The notes under the pieces: generated by a model
What the model was told of the DNA's origin: nothing
Database searches by the model: none
What the model saw: the letters and a program-made list of their open reading frames with translations, nothing else
Position numbers and translations under genes: made by a program
Shown: positions 1 through 12,100 of the stretch, piece after piece
How positions within the stretch are numbered: the first letter of the stretch is position 1
Layout of the letters: each line of letters begins with the position of its first letter
Assembly (NCBI GenBank): GCA_030248215.1
Contig: JASANG010000864.1
Coordinates: 186,001 to 250,000, forward strand
DNA: 64,000 bases
Origin: Enoplolaimus lenunculus
Taxonomy: Eukaryota
Reading direction: 5' to 3'

Positions 1-122
1 TACCGATACTCGCGAAAAGCGCCGATTATTACGGATGCCGAAACCGATTAATTGGCACATCCCTAGTATGTTGTATACGCCCTTCGATCTATTTTTATTT
101 GTTTTGTAAATTGTAATTCCAG

Positions 123-3100
123 TTTATCATCCTGAAATGCCAAAACATTTGCCTATCCGTGAGGTACTAAGTGGTCTCATGAAAAGCTTAACGCATGCCA
201 TACGTTTTTGGTTTCATTACACGCTGGTCGCAGTGGCGTGGCTTGGAGTTGTTCCCCTTAGTGCCTGTATGTTGTTGCCGTTTTAATTTAATGACTCTTA
301 GCCATCGCCACATTCTAGTCGTTGGTTTTGTAAAACATGTTAGGGTAACTCCCAAGCTAAAATTCACCGCGCTATTTGCCATTGGTAAGTAAAACACGTT
401 TTAGAAGTTTTTTAAGATTTGGGTTTCTCCAAACTTCAGTTTTACATATTGATAATGTGGATAGTTGTTATTACTTAAGATTTTTTAATGACAGATTTAT
501 ATACGTGAAATCGGGATTGTGAGCTCACATTTTTGATGATTCTAATCTAATCTGTCCACACCGATAAGTTCTTATATTTGACAGTAAAATCATTTTCATT
601 TGGCGTGCTAGAAATTTTATAACCTTGCGAACAGAATTGTTCTCATTATTGTTATTAATATTATTTTTATATTATTATTACTATTATTATTATTATTAAT
701 TTATTATTACTATTATTGTTATTACTATTATTATTATTATTATTATTATTATTTCTACTATTATTATTCCGTATGAGACGTTATTACTTTTCTTTCAGGC
801 AGAATATATCGATTTTTGTTCAAATTCTCGTTGAGTTCAGTTCTTCAGTTGCCTTTTGATTTGCTGTCAACGTAAGTATTCTTCCGGCCCTCTAAACTCA
901 GCGCACCGCAATAATTTACTTATAAGAGATAACACACTGTCAAAAGCATATTTTAGGTATTTCATTTTAATGTAAAATTTGCATCGTATCATACGTGTTT
1001 GGTGCTTTTTAATGTTTTTTTGCTTCAGCATAACAGGAAGTTAATATGTGGTAGGCCGGATGCAAAGTAATTCCTATTCCAGATGGAAGTTTCGTTGGCA
1101 GCGCATTAAGCAGCATGTGCGTGGCCTACTATTGTTAACTGTGCTGAATACGTAATGCTTAATTGTAAAGTTTAGCTTTAAATAAACTAAAAAACGGTAA
1201 AATCAGTTATCCTTTAATCGCATGTGCACCTTTGGCGTTGCGACCATGTATATCAACGTTAGCAACGTTAAAAATCATATATTTTTGCGTTTTAGCAATG
1301 ACTTGTTCGTTGATTGTTGTCAAGGCGCAGCGATTATTGCAGTTACACTGTGCGCGTTCATTAGTTTGGTATGGCTTCGCGAACAAATTATTCAAGGCGG
1401 CTTGCCTACTTGGATGGATGTGCCTGCTGCTGTAGCCGGTGCTGCTGATAATAACGCCGGTGAGCAAAATGATAACCGTCAAGAAGCTGTAGTTAATACG
1501 AACAGAAATAACAATGAACCACCAGGCGATAGTCTTGTTGAGAATAACGAAAATAACGCTGGAAACGCTTCGAGTGCGGCGGAATTTAGCGGACGTGAGC
1601 AAAAACCAATAAACGACACACAAGGGACCGAAAGTTCATTGAATAAAGAGCCCATAGGAGCTGACAAGCCGGCAGATAGGGAAACTAACGCCGGTCATAA
1701 TTTGCTACCTTCGGAAAAATTATCCGCAGGACAAGGCCAAAAAGCCGGCATTGAACTTCAAAAAGCGGGTGAAGCAATGACTTCGACAGCTCAGGATCAA
1801 CCGAAACCAAGCGAAAAGAAAAGTAATAAAACGCAAACGTCGTACGACACTCCAGTATCGCCTAGCCATTCAATAGTTTCGCGATTGTCTGGGGAATCTA
1901 GTAATCAGCAAAAACACAAAACCAAAAACCTAACTAATCGGCGACGCCGGCCTGGATCACCCTCATCGGTTAAAAGCGCACCAGGGCCAGGGCCGCTGCC
2001 TGAGTTCAGTTTACTATCTCCGAGCGGCAGTAGTCCAGGCACCAGTAGTGGCGCAAGCAGTGTTACAAATAGCCCTAGTCATAGCCCGCGACACTTGCCA
2101 CATTTTGCTGGCCGGTTTTATCTTGGCGGTGGAATAGGCACCACAGCCGGCATGACAACCGCTCATCACGATGTTACGACCACCATATCTGGGACGAGTA
2201 GCTCGACGTCGAAAGATGGGTATTCTGCGAGATATGCTAATAGTTTTGAAAACGGCCGCGGCGATAAAGACGCTTTATCGGTACTGGAGCTGGAGTCAAC
2301 GAAAAAACATTTAAGCCTGCTGTCAGCGAGCTCAAGCGAATCAAACGGCGCATTTGTGAAACCGTCCAGTGGTCACATGGCGCCGGTTGAGTATCGATGC
2401 AAAGATAAAGAGTACGGCAACTCTAATAGCATCGGTTCAAACCGTCTACCATTCGCACCAAGTTTGACGGAAACCGGGGCAATATCCACTGCCGCTGGGA
2501 CGAGTAAGAGCTTGACTGATATCGCCGATGGAGTGGCAGTTGGTGTAACGACAAACGCGTTACTTCCGCCATCACCGTTCAAGCAGCAAAGACTGCTGAC
2601 AGCGTCCCCGGCGCATTCTGCTCGTGATTGTTGTGCCGGCGGTGGTGAGGCATCGTCTGAGGATGACGGACGAAAGTCATCCTTAGCGGTGAGGTGTGAC
2701 AGCGGATCAACTGGACCGAGCGATTTGGAAAGTCTCCTGCTGGTCAGCGCGGGCCGTCGCGCGTCTGATCCTTTTCTGGACGATATTGAAATCGACGATG
2801 TAATGGTAAGTTGTGCGTGGCTGCTTTATCTCCGCATGCTGTGTTCTAGGTTCTTCTGTGTGGTTTTATTTAAATAGGATTAAGCCTTGTGTTAGCTTGG
2901 ATTTTGGGTTTGGAGATTTAGTGATATATCTGGTGAATTTAATAATTGTTTTGGAAATGTAACCGTTGGAATGTGCCGATTAATCGACAGTTTTCATGAC
3001 TATCAACAGAGAACTGCTGAAAAAATTTCGATTTAATGCCTAGACGTTTTGCACTTAGCAGTGGTTAGCGGGAATGTTTTCAGTTTCAGTTGCTGTTGTG

Positions 3101-6100
3101 CATCGGTGGGTGGGTCTAATTATGAATCTGTTAGGTATCTTGACTTTCTGTTTGAAAACAAATTGGCTGATATGAACAGCTGTTGTGGTATTATAGTCGC
3201 CTATTCACTAGTCCTACCGGTTCATTAAGCGTCGCGTAGTAGAATGGGTATTCGTTAGGCTTCGGAACAAATTATGGTACATACCGGCAAATCACTAATT
3301 AACTCAGATAGATATGCAATTGTGGATTTTAATTTCATGCCGCACATATACGTCTCTTTCTGGTTCAAATGTTTTGCCTAGCATTTGTGTATATGTGACT
3401 CTTTTGGTTGCAGAGACACCGGCTTGGGTCGGCATCTTTTTCGTACGACGGAAGGCCTCTGAACGCAGTGGTTGGCAAGGCTGCGAGCATTTCAGGTGCC
3501 GGCGGCACAGGTGGCTACGACGACGATAGTAATATTGAAATTGATCTGGGGTCGCTGACACCAGGCGATAGCTGGTGGTACTCCTCATACCAATCGTTCG
3601 GAACGGGCGTGGTGTTATCACCAACATTTCGCCGAGTTGCAAGCGCTCAAGGCGCGCTTGGACGCTGCAGTATGTCACATCGTGACGCACCGAGTGAGCT
3701 AGAGCTGGCCGCAGCCGATATACAAGAGCCTATCGAACAAGACGATGCCGTTGCTGAGGCTGCCGTCGCTGGGGAGGTCGGCCTTGTACCGGGACCGCAA
3801 GCGGGCGGCGGTGGCGTACCTGGTGGGAACGGTGGAGTAGCCGGGGTTGGAGGAAATGCAGTTGGCGCACCGAACGGAGGACATCATCAGCCTGGTGCCG
3901 GAGCGAATGGTAAGCGTTTCTGCACTTGCTTACCGCGGATTGCTCTGCTCTGTAGTCGATAGGTTTAGGTTTCATTTTAGCATCATACAAGGGAACGATT
4001 TAGGTTGGAATTTGCATATATACCGTGTGTTCATTGCGTCCCGGCCTCGGAGTGGGTGTGAAACATAATTGTCATTCAATCAATTCTTATTCTTTTGAAC
4101 AAAACTGTAAGTTTACCACACGTTCCCGCTTGCATGTAGGTGACAAAAGTACTTTGCACTTTTAGAATGCAGCTGTAAAATAACACAAGAAAGTGTCTTA
4201 AATTCATAAAAACTTACATAACGGTTAAGGCTAATCGATTTGATGGGAACGTTTTCCTTAAGTAGCGAGCCCACAGCATAGCTTCTATTTATCTGTGCTG
4301 AACTGAAATAACATTTTATAGCTGCATCGTCATTTTAATTTGTCATTAAACCACCGGAGTACTAGAGTCTGATCCATATTCAAAAGGTTGTTGTGCGATT
4401 ATTCAGCGCCCAAAGAAAAGTCTTTAAAGTTCAGTCCACATTCACAGATTTGGTTTCTGTAATCCGCATCCGGATTCTGCGTGCCGCTGACTAGTTGGAT
4501 TAGGGGATATTAGGTTTTTAAGGTTTCAAGAAAGGGTCCTGAACTCAAACCAAGTTTCGTAGATTTGATTTCGGCTTATGGTAATGGATTTAATATTTTT
4601 TCGTTAAACTGGATCGGGTCTCTTTGAGGTTACTAATTCCGGTTTTAAACAGGGTTTTGAGGCAATTTGTTATGATTGTTGCAGCTGACGATGCATGGCA
4701 GCCCTTTGAATGGAACCAAGCCGCAGAAGATCTGACTTGGGAACGTTTGTTAGGTATCGATGGCTCGCTAGCGTTTCTGGAACACGTCTTGTGGGTGATA
4801 CTGGCAAATACAATGTTTATCATTATCTTTGGTAAGCGTGTTACAGATAAAATTTTTGTATGTTTATTAGTTTAAAACTACCATATCAATCGTAATTTGG
4901 CGTTGCAAGAAGGAGATGGTGAGCGCCGGTAAAAGAAAACAATGTTCTGGTACTCAATGCAAAATTTGCGATATAGCGCTTTCACGCAAGTATTAGCGGT
5001 TCGTCGATTTTCATGCTATTACTTTCAATTTGATGTTAATATGAGATATTAGTTGAGCTGTGACGTATACAAGAGCACATTGGTTGAGTCTATATTTTGT
5101 TGTGAGTCTATATTTTGCTGTTTGTATTTTGCAGCGTTTTTGCCGTTTTACATTGGCCATCTGACCGTAGTCGGGTTACGACTTGTCACTTACGTTCAAG
5201 CATTGTACTTCGAAAGCCTTATTACAACGCTCATCGGTTATGTTGTGACCGCAGTTGCGCTTTATGTGACATATTTTTGCTTTAGAGCTTTTCAATTGAC
5301 AAGGTGACTAGTTGTTATACATTGATGCTGTTACTGTCTTGTTTTCTCAGTACAACAGTGTTGTTTCAAAAAACTTGCAGAAATGAAATAACGAAGATGT
5401 TTGACGTAGAATATGAAAGAGTCGGCCATTGATTGATCGCTGATTAAACAGCAAACACATCATTGAAACTTGTGCGACAGGTGTCAGAAGGGCTATAAAA
5501 ATTTCTCACACTACCGTGGAAACTGTTTGTGATGGAATCATCTTGTAGTTATGTCAATTCAGCTGCTATATATCTTGAAAAGCTCGCAATGCATGGGTAT
5601 ACATTTTCGTGCACACTTTGCTAATTTACAACAGTATATAAATTAAGTTAAAATGTTTTGTTTTTATTGAAGGTCGTATCGGTTTATTGGCATGTGTTAC
5701 TTGGTTGTCAAGGTATTTTTGCTAGTCTTACTGGATATCGGCATCTTTCCGCTTTTATGCGGTTGGTGGCTGGACGTATGCTCGCTGGTAAGGAAACCTG
5801 TGTGCTTGCTACTGCGTGGTGGCTTAACTTCAAGCACAGTTTTTGTTACGGATGTGCCGGTCCCCAATTTTAATACACGGTGTTAAAGAACAGATAGGAT
5901 ACAACACTACATCATAATAAATGCGAAAACTTACACCATATCAAATATAAAAGATTCTAGCGCAACAGTTTCCCGGATCAGATGCCTCGATGTAAGCCCA
6001 GAAGTGAAATTAATTTCGTTCCAACTCAGTATTATGTGCAAAAAATTCAGCAAATTTGTTGCAGTGCTGATGCGTGTGTTTACGTTTTATATACGAGCGA

Positions 6101-9100
6101 TCGGGGGGTTAATTGTAATTTTGCCCTTAAAAATTAGCGCAGTGTGCTGGCGCCGCGCATAACATGCAAAATTACGTATATTCCAAAATGGACGCGCGAG
6201 AATCTACGGTGGCGTCCGACTACGCGCGTCGGTTATAGCACAACCATAAGGGTGTGGCTATACTTTTCGAAAATTTTATTGTCGAGCGATGGGCAGTACG
6301 GACGGCGCGGCGCGACAAGTATAGCACCACCAGTAGTCGAAGGCTGTGGCTTTGCATTTAAATTTTTACCATGTATAATATATTTCATCTATAGAATTTG
6401 TTTGCATCGAATCTGCACGATCGTATTAACAATTTCCACGCGTCTCCCGGTACATCAATGTTTGTTCATTGGATTGCGGGCATGATTTACGTATTCTATT
6501 TTGCATCGTTTGTGTTGTTATTGCGCGAAATCCTTCGACCCGGTGTGTTGTGGTTCCTGCAAAATTTAAACGATCCCGACTTTAATCCTATTCATGACGT
6601 AAGTTTATTGTGAGGGTGTTTTTTTTTTATTTTGAAGCCGTATGTTTTAGTGAATTTTGATGCTCGGGGTATTTAAGTTACCAGGCTCGTTCTTGGGTTT
6701 TTGCTATAAAATTATACGGGTTCGCGTATTTGCTGTAAACTGTTGGCTTAGGAGCACACGGAATTCTGATGGAATCGTGAACCGAGTGTTGAGAGCTTGG
6801 TTTTCGTTTGTTTATTATTGTTGTTATATTACGCGTTCCACAAATGTTTTATTATTGTTGGACGGTACCGCGGGTTGTTATTTTATCTACAAGATAAAAA
6901 ATAACTGAAATAATCAGTAATGTGTTTGTTGTTTTGTTTTTGTACACGAGGCGTCTTCATATAAATTTCTAATTTACTTCGTATAGCTTATTGTTTTGTA
7001 AACAAACGTTCCTTCAAAATGAAACGACTTTTAACCACCTGTGCCCAAGGTTGCCCGGGTCTCTTCCGAAAACTACACTTCAGAATCTTTACATTCCAAA
7101 TAGATTTATACTTTGTACTATATTGATGTGTGACATCGACAAGGCCAAGTATCAATACGTACAGTTATTACTATCTTTGAACAGAATGTGGCCAAAAGAA
7201 TATGGCCAGTATACTTTGTGTCTTTATGCCCAAAATTAAACAATGCCGCCGCCCTTAATCCTTCGATAATATGTACGCATATTGGTGCCCAGCAGATGTG
7301 CGCGCAGCAGTCACATAATTTGCTGTTTTTACGGTGTATCTTATAAACCTTGTCAAGGAAATAGTTTAAACGAGTGTACGTTGTTGTAATCCACAGTATT
7401 AGAGAATAACACTGGTGAAGGTTTTGTCAAAACTGCGATATATCAATCGAACGATACTGCTTTGATTAAACTTACCTGGCTGGGGGTTTGCTGTGATCAT
7501 GAAGGCAGCGGCCCCAGGGCGAGGCCTGGCCATTGCACTGCGGTTAGGCTGAACCCTGTGTCATCCCCTAATCGGGGCTTGTCAACAGCTTAATTTCTTA
7601 GTCCGGGATAGCGTTCGCGCTTCCCTTTATGGAAGTTGTTATAAGTTACATGTTCAAGTGAGATCTGAGTTGAAAACAATATGATTGCGACTAACGTAGC
7701 GCAGTGAACACGAAATGGTCACAGTATGGAAGAGGTAGAACAACCAGGCATGAACGTTATTCCACGCACGGCTTTTATACATTTGGTAATTTACACAAAC
7801 GATGTGGTTTGGAGTTGTGGTAAACGCTGTGATTTCCGTTAACTTGGCAGACATTCACCCAAATTTGTTAAACGTACGAACTGTACTACACTACAATTAA
7901 TTTTTTCTAACCACGATGTAACGTGAAATATTGCTGTAGAAAAGGGAACTAATAATTGGGAATCTGTTACGTAGTAGCGCTTGAGATACCAAGGGAAAAA
8001 TTACGACGCGGCGTTGTGAGCCGACCGGTTGTACATCTACATAAAGTTCCGATTGAGGAAAACAAAACGTTTGCCTGTGGTTAGAAACAAATAGTATGAC
8101 GGTCTGCACAGCTAATGGTGAAAATTGATTAACACACTATACGTATGTTTAAAGTATTTGTATGCCAAAGAGGTAGAAAAGCGATAAGCAGTCACAAAAA
8201 TATTCCTTAGATCGCAGCTTTGGCCCGGAAGTACGTGCGCATTTCGCCAACCCACACAGACAGCGAAAGATTGCCGAGCACAGCTACCTGGTTATACAGC
8301 GATTTGAGAAACAGAATGACCCCTCCGGTCACCCAAAATCCTATTTTTAAAGGAAACCCAAAACACTTTGATTTTATTGTGACAAAGTACAAATAGTTGC
8401 ACTTTCGCATTTAAGTCTTTTAAGGCATCGTTTAAAGAATTATGGGTCATCCGTATTTATAACGTCACGCTATGCTAAAAAATTTTCCAGACTATTCGGT
8501 TTGCCCGGGAGCAAAAACAACACTATACTTCTGAATTTGCGGTTGTACCCAAGGTGTTTTGAGACTGTGTGGTTTGTCCCGCATGTCAAAAATAATGTAA
8601 AAAAATAAATTTGGCGGCGATTTATTACTTTAATTGTATGAAGTGGCAATTCAAAGCAGATAAAAATATTCAAAAGGTTAAAAAATTGACTGAGACCGAG
8701 ACCAAAAGTCTCTGTCTCGGCAGGTTTGGTCTCGGTCCCCCTTTTTTGCCCGAGACCGCCCATTCCTGTTCATGCATCGCGCCGTGGTGGCGTTGAACCA
8801 CGACTCGTATAGTTAAGAGCCGTTCTACAACGACCGTGAGTTTAGGACAAAACTGTTCGGCATACTTGAGGCACGGCTAATGCATACTACAGCGAGCCTT
8901 AACTGTGCCTCAAATGCGCCGAACAGTTATACCGCACGGCATGACTGTTCACGAATGAAAATAACAAATTTATCGTAACATTAACATATAACACACACCA
9001 GGCTTATTCTTTATAAAATTTTACCACACCACGTCCAAGTTTTTTCACGCTTCACAGTTTTTTAATGCTGGTTCAGGTCCGTAGCTAGCTCGGATGAAGT

Positions 9101-12100
9101 AAAATCACCCTAATACATTCAGTAATGTTTTCCCTAAGTATATAAACTCCTCACCTTTTAACCCTCTGTTGATTTCTAGTTCTCAAAGAGTCATGCTGTG
9201 CAATGGGGCCAAGGTGAAAGTTAAATTTCTTTGCAGGAATGAAATGGGTATGAGCATACCTGGTGGCCCAGATCGCTATTAAAAACTCCTAAAAATACTA
9301 AATTTTCTCCAGTAGTATCAGCGATATTCCCCTTTAAGGTAACAATTAAATTTTCCCCTTAGTTGAAGAATGGAAAACCTGAGTGATACTATATAGCCGT
9401 TTTAGAAGTGGCGTGTCGAGAGATGTCTGGTCTTACAGGTGGGTGTAAATTTTTCCAGGAGCGACGAAAATTTTCTAGGAGATCTAACCAACCCCGTCCC
9501 CTCTGCTGCGGGGCAATTCTAGTTAGTCAGTTTATTCCAGAAACCAAAGATTGGTCTTTCCGAGAGCGTGGTACAAGTCAGTTGTAGCACGTCTTATTGT
9601 CCTTCCGATATACAAACGCGCGCTGCTAAGCTTGGTTCAAGCGTGCGGTGCACTCGGACATCGCTGTCATGCTGTGCACGTGCCTCAAAAACTCGTGCAG
9701 CGCAGACATGCAGAACTCGCGCTATTGCACTCGTTCTACACTTGCGCGTTCACTCGTTCTTTATTTACTTGCACAGCAAGAAAGCGATGCTCTCGTGCAC
9801 GCACTCGCCTCACTTTTGCTACAACTATTACTTATTTTTATGTCTTTAGATAGGCGCTATGATGGTTGCACTTGCCATTAACAATGCGAATGGTTTAATA
9901 AACGAAACTGGAAATTTGAAAAATTATTAAGTAAGATAGTTTCGATGTAAATAATTTGCATACAAGGAACATATTTCAGGAATGATACCCACGTGGCAAA
10001 TTTTAACCAGATTTTTGGGGAGGATTTCTGCCTCGTTTTATATTAATAGAAGATACCTTATTAGTTGAATATACGTGTAGATTTTTACGAAGAAAAAACT
10101 TTTATACTGTCACGTCTAAAGTTTATAAAACATCAGTCAGGCTAGGCAGAATTTACGTTTCGATTGATCGGTTAAAATCGGCAACAACAGGAAAAAAGAT
10201 ATTATCATTTTCAGACCACGATATTTTCTACATTCGCTTTGATATGGCGGAAGTAAACCGTTTCATGGGGCGATCATATTGCAAGTTGTGTGATAATCTT
10301 TTACCGAATGAGGAGGTGTACAGAATTGTTTCCTACAAGTTGAATATTTTTGAAACTTTCGATAGTAGTGATGATATACTAAAAATGGGAAACTTTAATC
10401 AAATTTAAGCACCGTGCTGCTGCTAGAAAAGAAAAACACACGACTTTATAACAGGTGGTTTAGTTTGACGAAAAATTGGAATATCTGAAGCAAAACAGGG
10501 CGTTACAAAATGCAACTGTGCATCAACACTTATAGAGGAAGAAAAAGTCTAATATATTGGCTTAGCGTAAATTTCAAAATTTAGCTTTTGACAAAATTTC
10601 CATGACTGATTGCCAAGAAACTAAATGCAAAGTGCGTCAGCGAAAAAAATGCATAAATAAGGTAATTTTACAAAACGGAGAAGAAGTTTGTAAACATTCC
10701 TATGTGCTGCCGAGACAACTGATGATAATTTCGCGGAACAATATTTGAGCCAGACTAATCTGAAATTAAATTTAAATGAAACCTCCATTCTTATCGCAGA
10801 TCTCACCGTTACTGAAATACGAAAGGCTATTTCTGATTTGAAAACAAATAAATCTCCTCGTTCAGATGGACTAACTACAGAATTTTACAAGAGGTTTTCA
10901 AGGCAAATAGACCCAGTTTTGCTAAAAGTCCACAAAGCATGTTTCCATAAGGGACATTTAACAAAAAGTATGCATACCGGAAAGATTAGTTTGTTATATA
11001 AAAGCAAGGGTGATACGTCAGAGTTGAAAAATTGTAGACCTGTCAGTGTTTTGAATGTTGTCTACAAAATACTTACATCCATACTACCTAAAAGGCTGAG
11101 ATATGTCATGAAGGCATTGTACATCCGGATAATGTCGACTTAGGCGATTTCTAGATAAGTGGTTGAAATTTATCTATCAGGAGGGTATAGTAACATCAAG
11201 AATAGTGATGAATGGGCTAATTTCAATTTCAGTGAAAATTACTAGAGGTTTAAGGCAGGGGTGTTTCTTATCCCCCAATACTATATGCCATAACCACAGA
11301 ACCACTAGCGGATGCAATCTGCAATGATAGCTTAAGTAAGAGAATCTTTTTAAAAGAAAGTAAGGTGAAAAATTTATGCAGTGTGTGTTACAAAACCCGT
11401 GTATTCCTGTATTTTATAAACATTTGTGTATGGCATGCTAATTATACGATTCTTATCGCATAGATCAACATCGAGAGAGTGTATTAGGAACACAATTACT
11501 TCTAAAACAGTGAGTCTTTCTGAAGTAGTAGAAACAGAAAGGGTAAGCAAATAAAGACGGATGTAAAACAATGCACTTTTATTGGAACGCAGCACTGGGA
11601 GTAACGCAAAAGTTTGTGATTCAAGTAACAATTCCAGCTTTTAAGACAAAGTTTGTGGACGGTTATTCCAGACATACACATTTTATGGCGGTTCATAAAG
11701 GTTTAGCCACAGCCGATAGAGAGTGAAAATATATAGAAATAAGAAAGTTTGTGATTTAAGTAACAATTCCAGCTTTTAAGACGAAGTTTGTGGACGGTTA
11801 TTCCAGACATACACATTTTATGGCGGTTCATAAAGGTTTAGCCACAGCCGATAGAGAGTGAAAATATATAGAAATAAGAAAGTTTGTGGACGGTTATTCC
11901 AGCTTTTAAGACAAAGTTTGTGGACGGTTATTCCAGACATATACATTTTATGGCGATTCATAAAGCTTTATTCACAGCCGATAGAAAGTGAAAATATATA
12001 GAAATAAGAAAGTTTGTGATTTAAGTAACAATTCCAGCTTTTAAGACGAAGTTTGTGGACGGTTATTCCAGACATATACATTTTATGGCGGTTCATAAAG

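Noticed and set aside
1222..1295. ORF-track N-terminus of the 551-aa ORF as a stand-alone gene
   Set aside because: This part is intron; the coding exon starts at the acceptor at 1296 and belongs to MARCH6.
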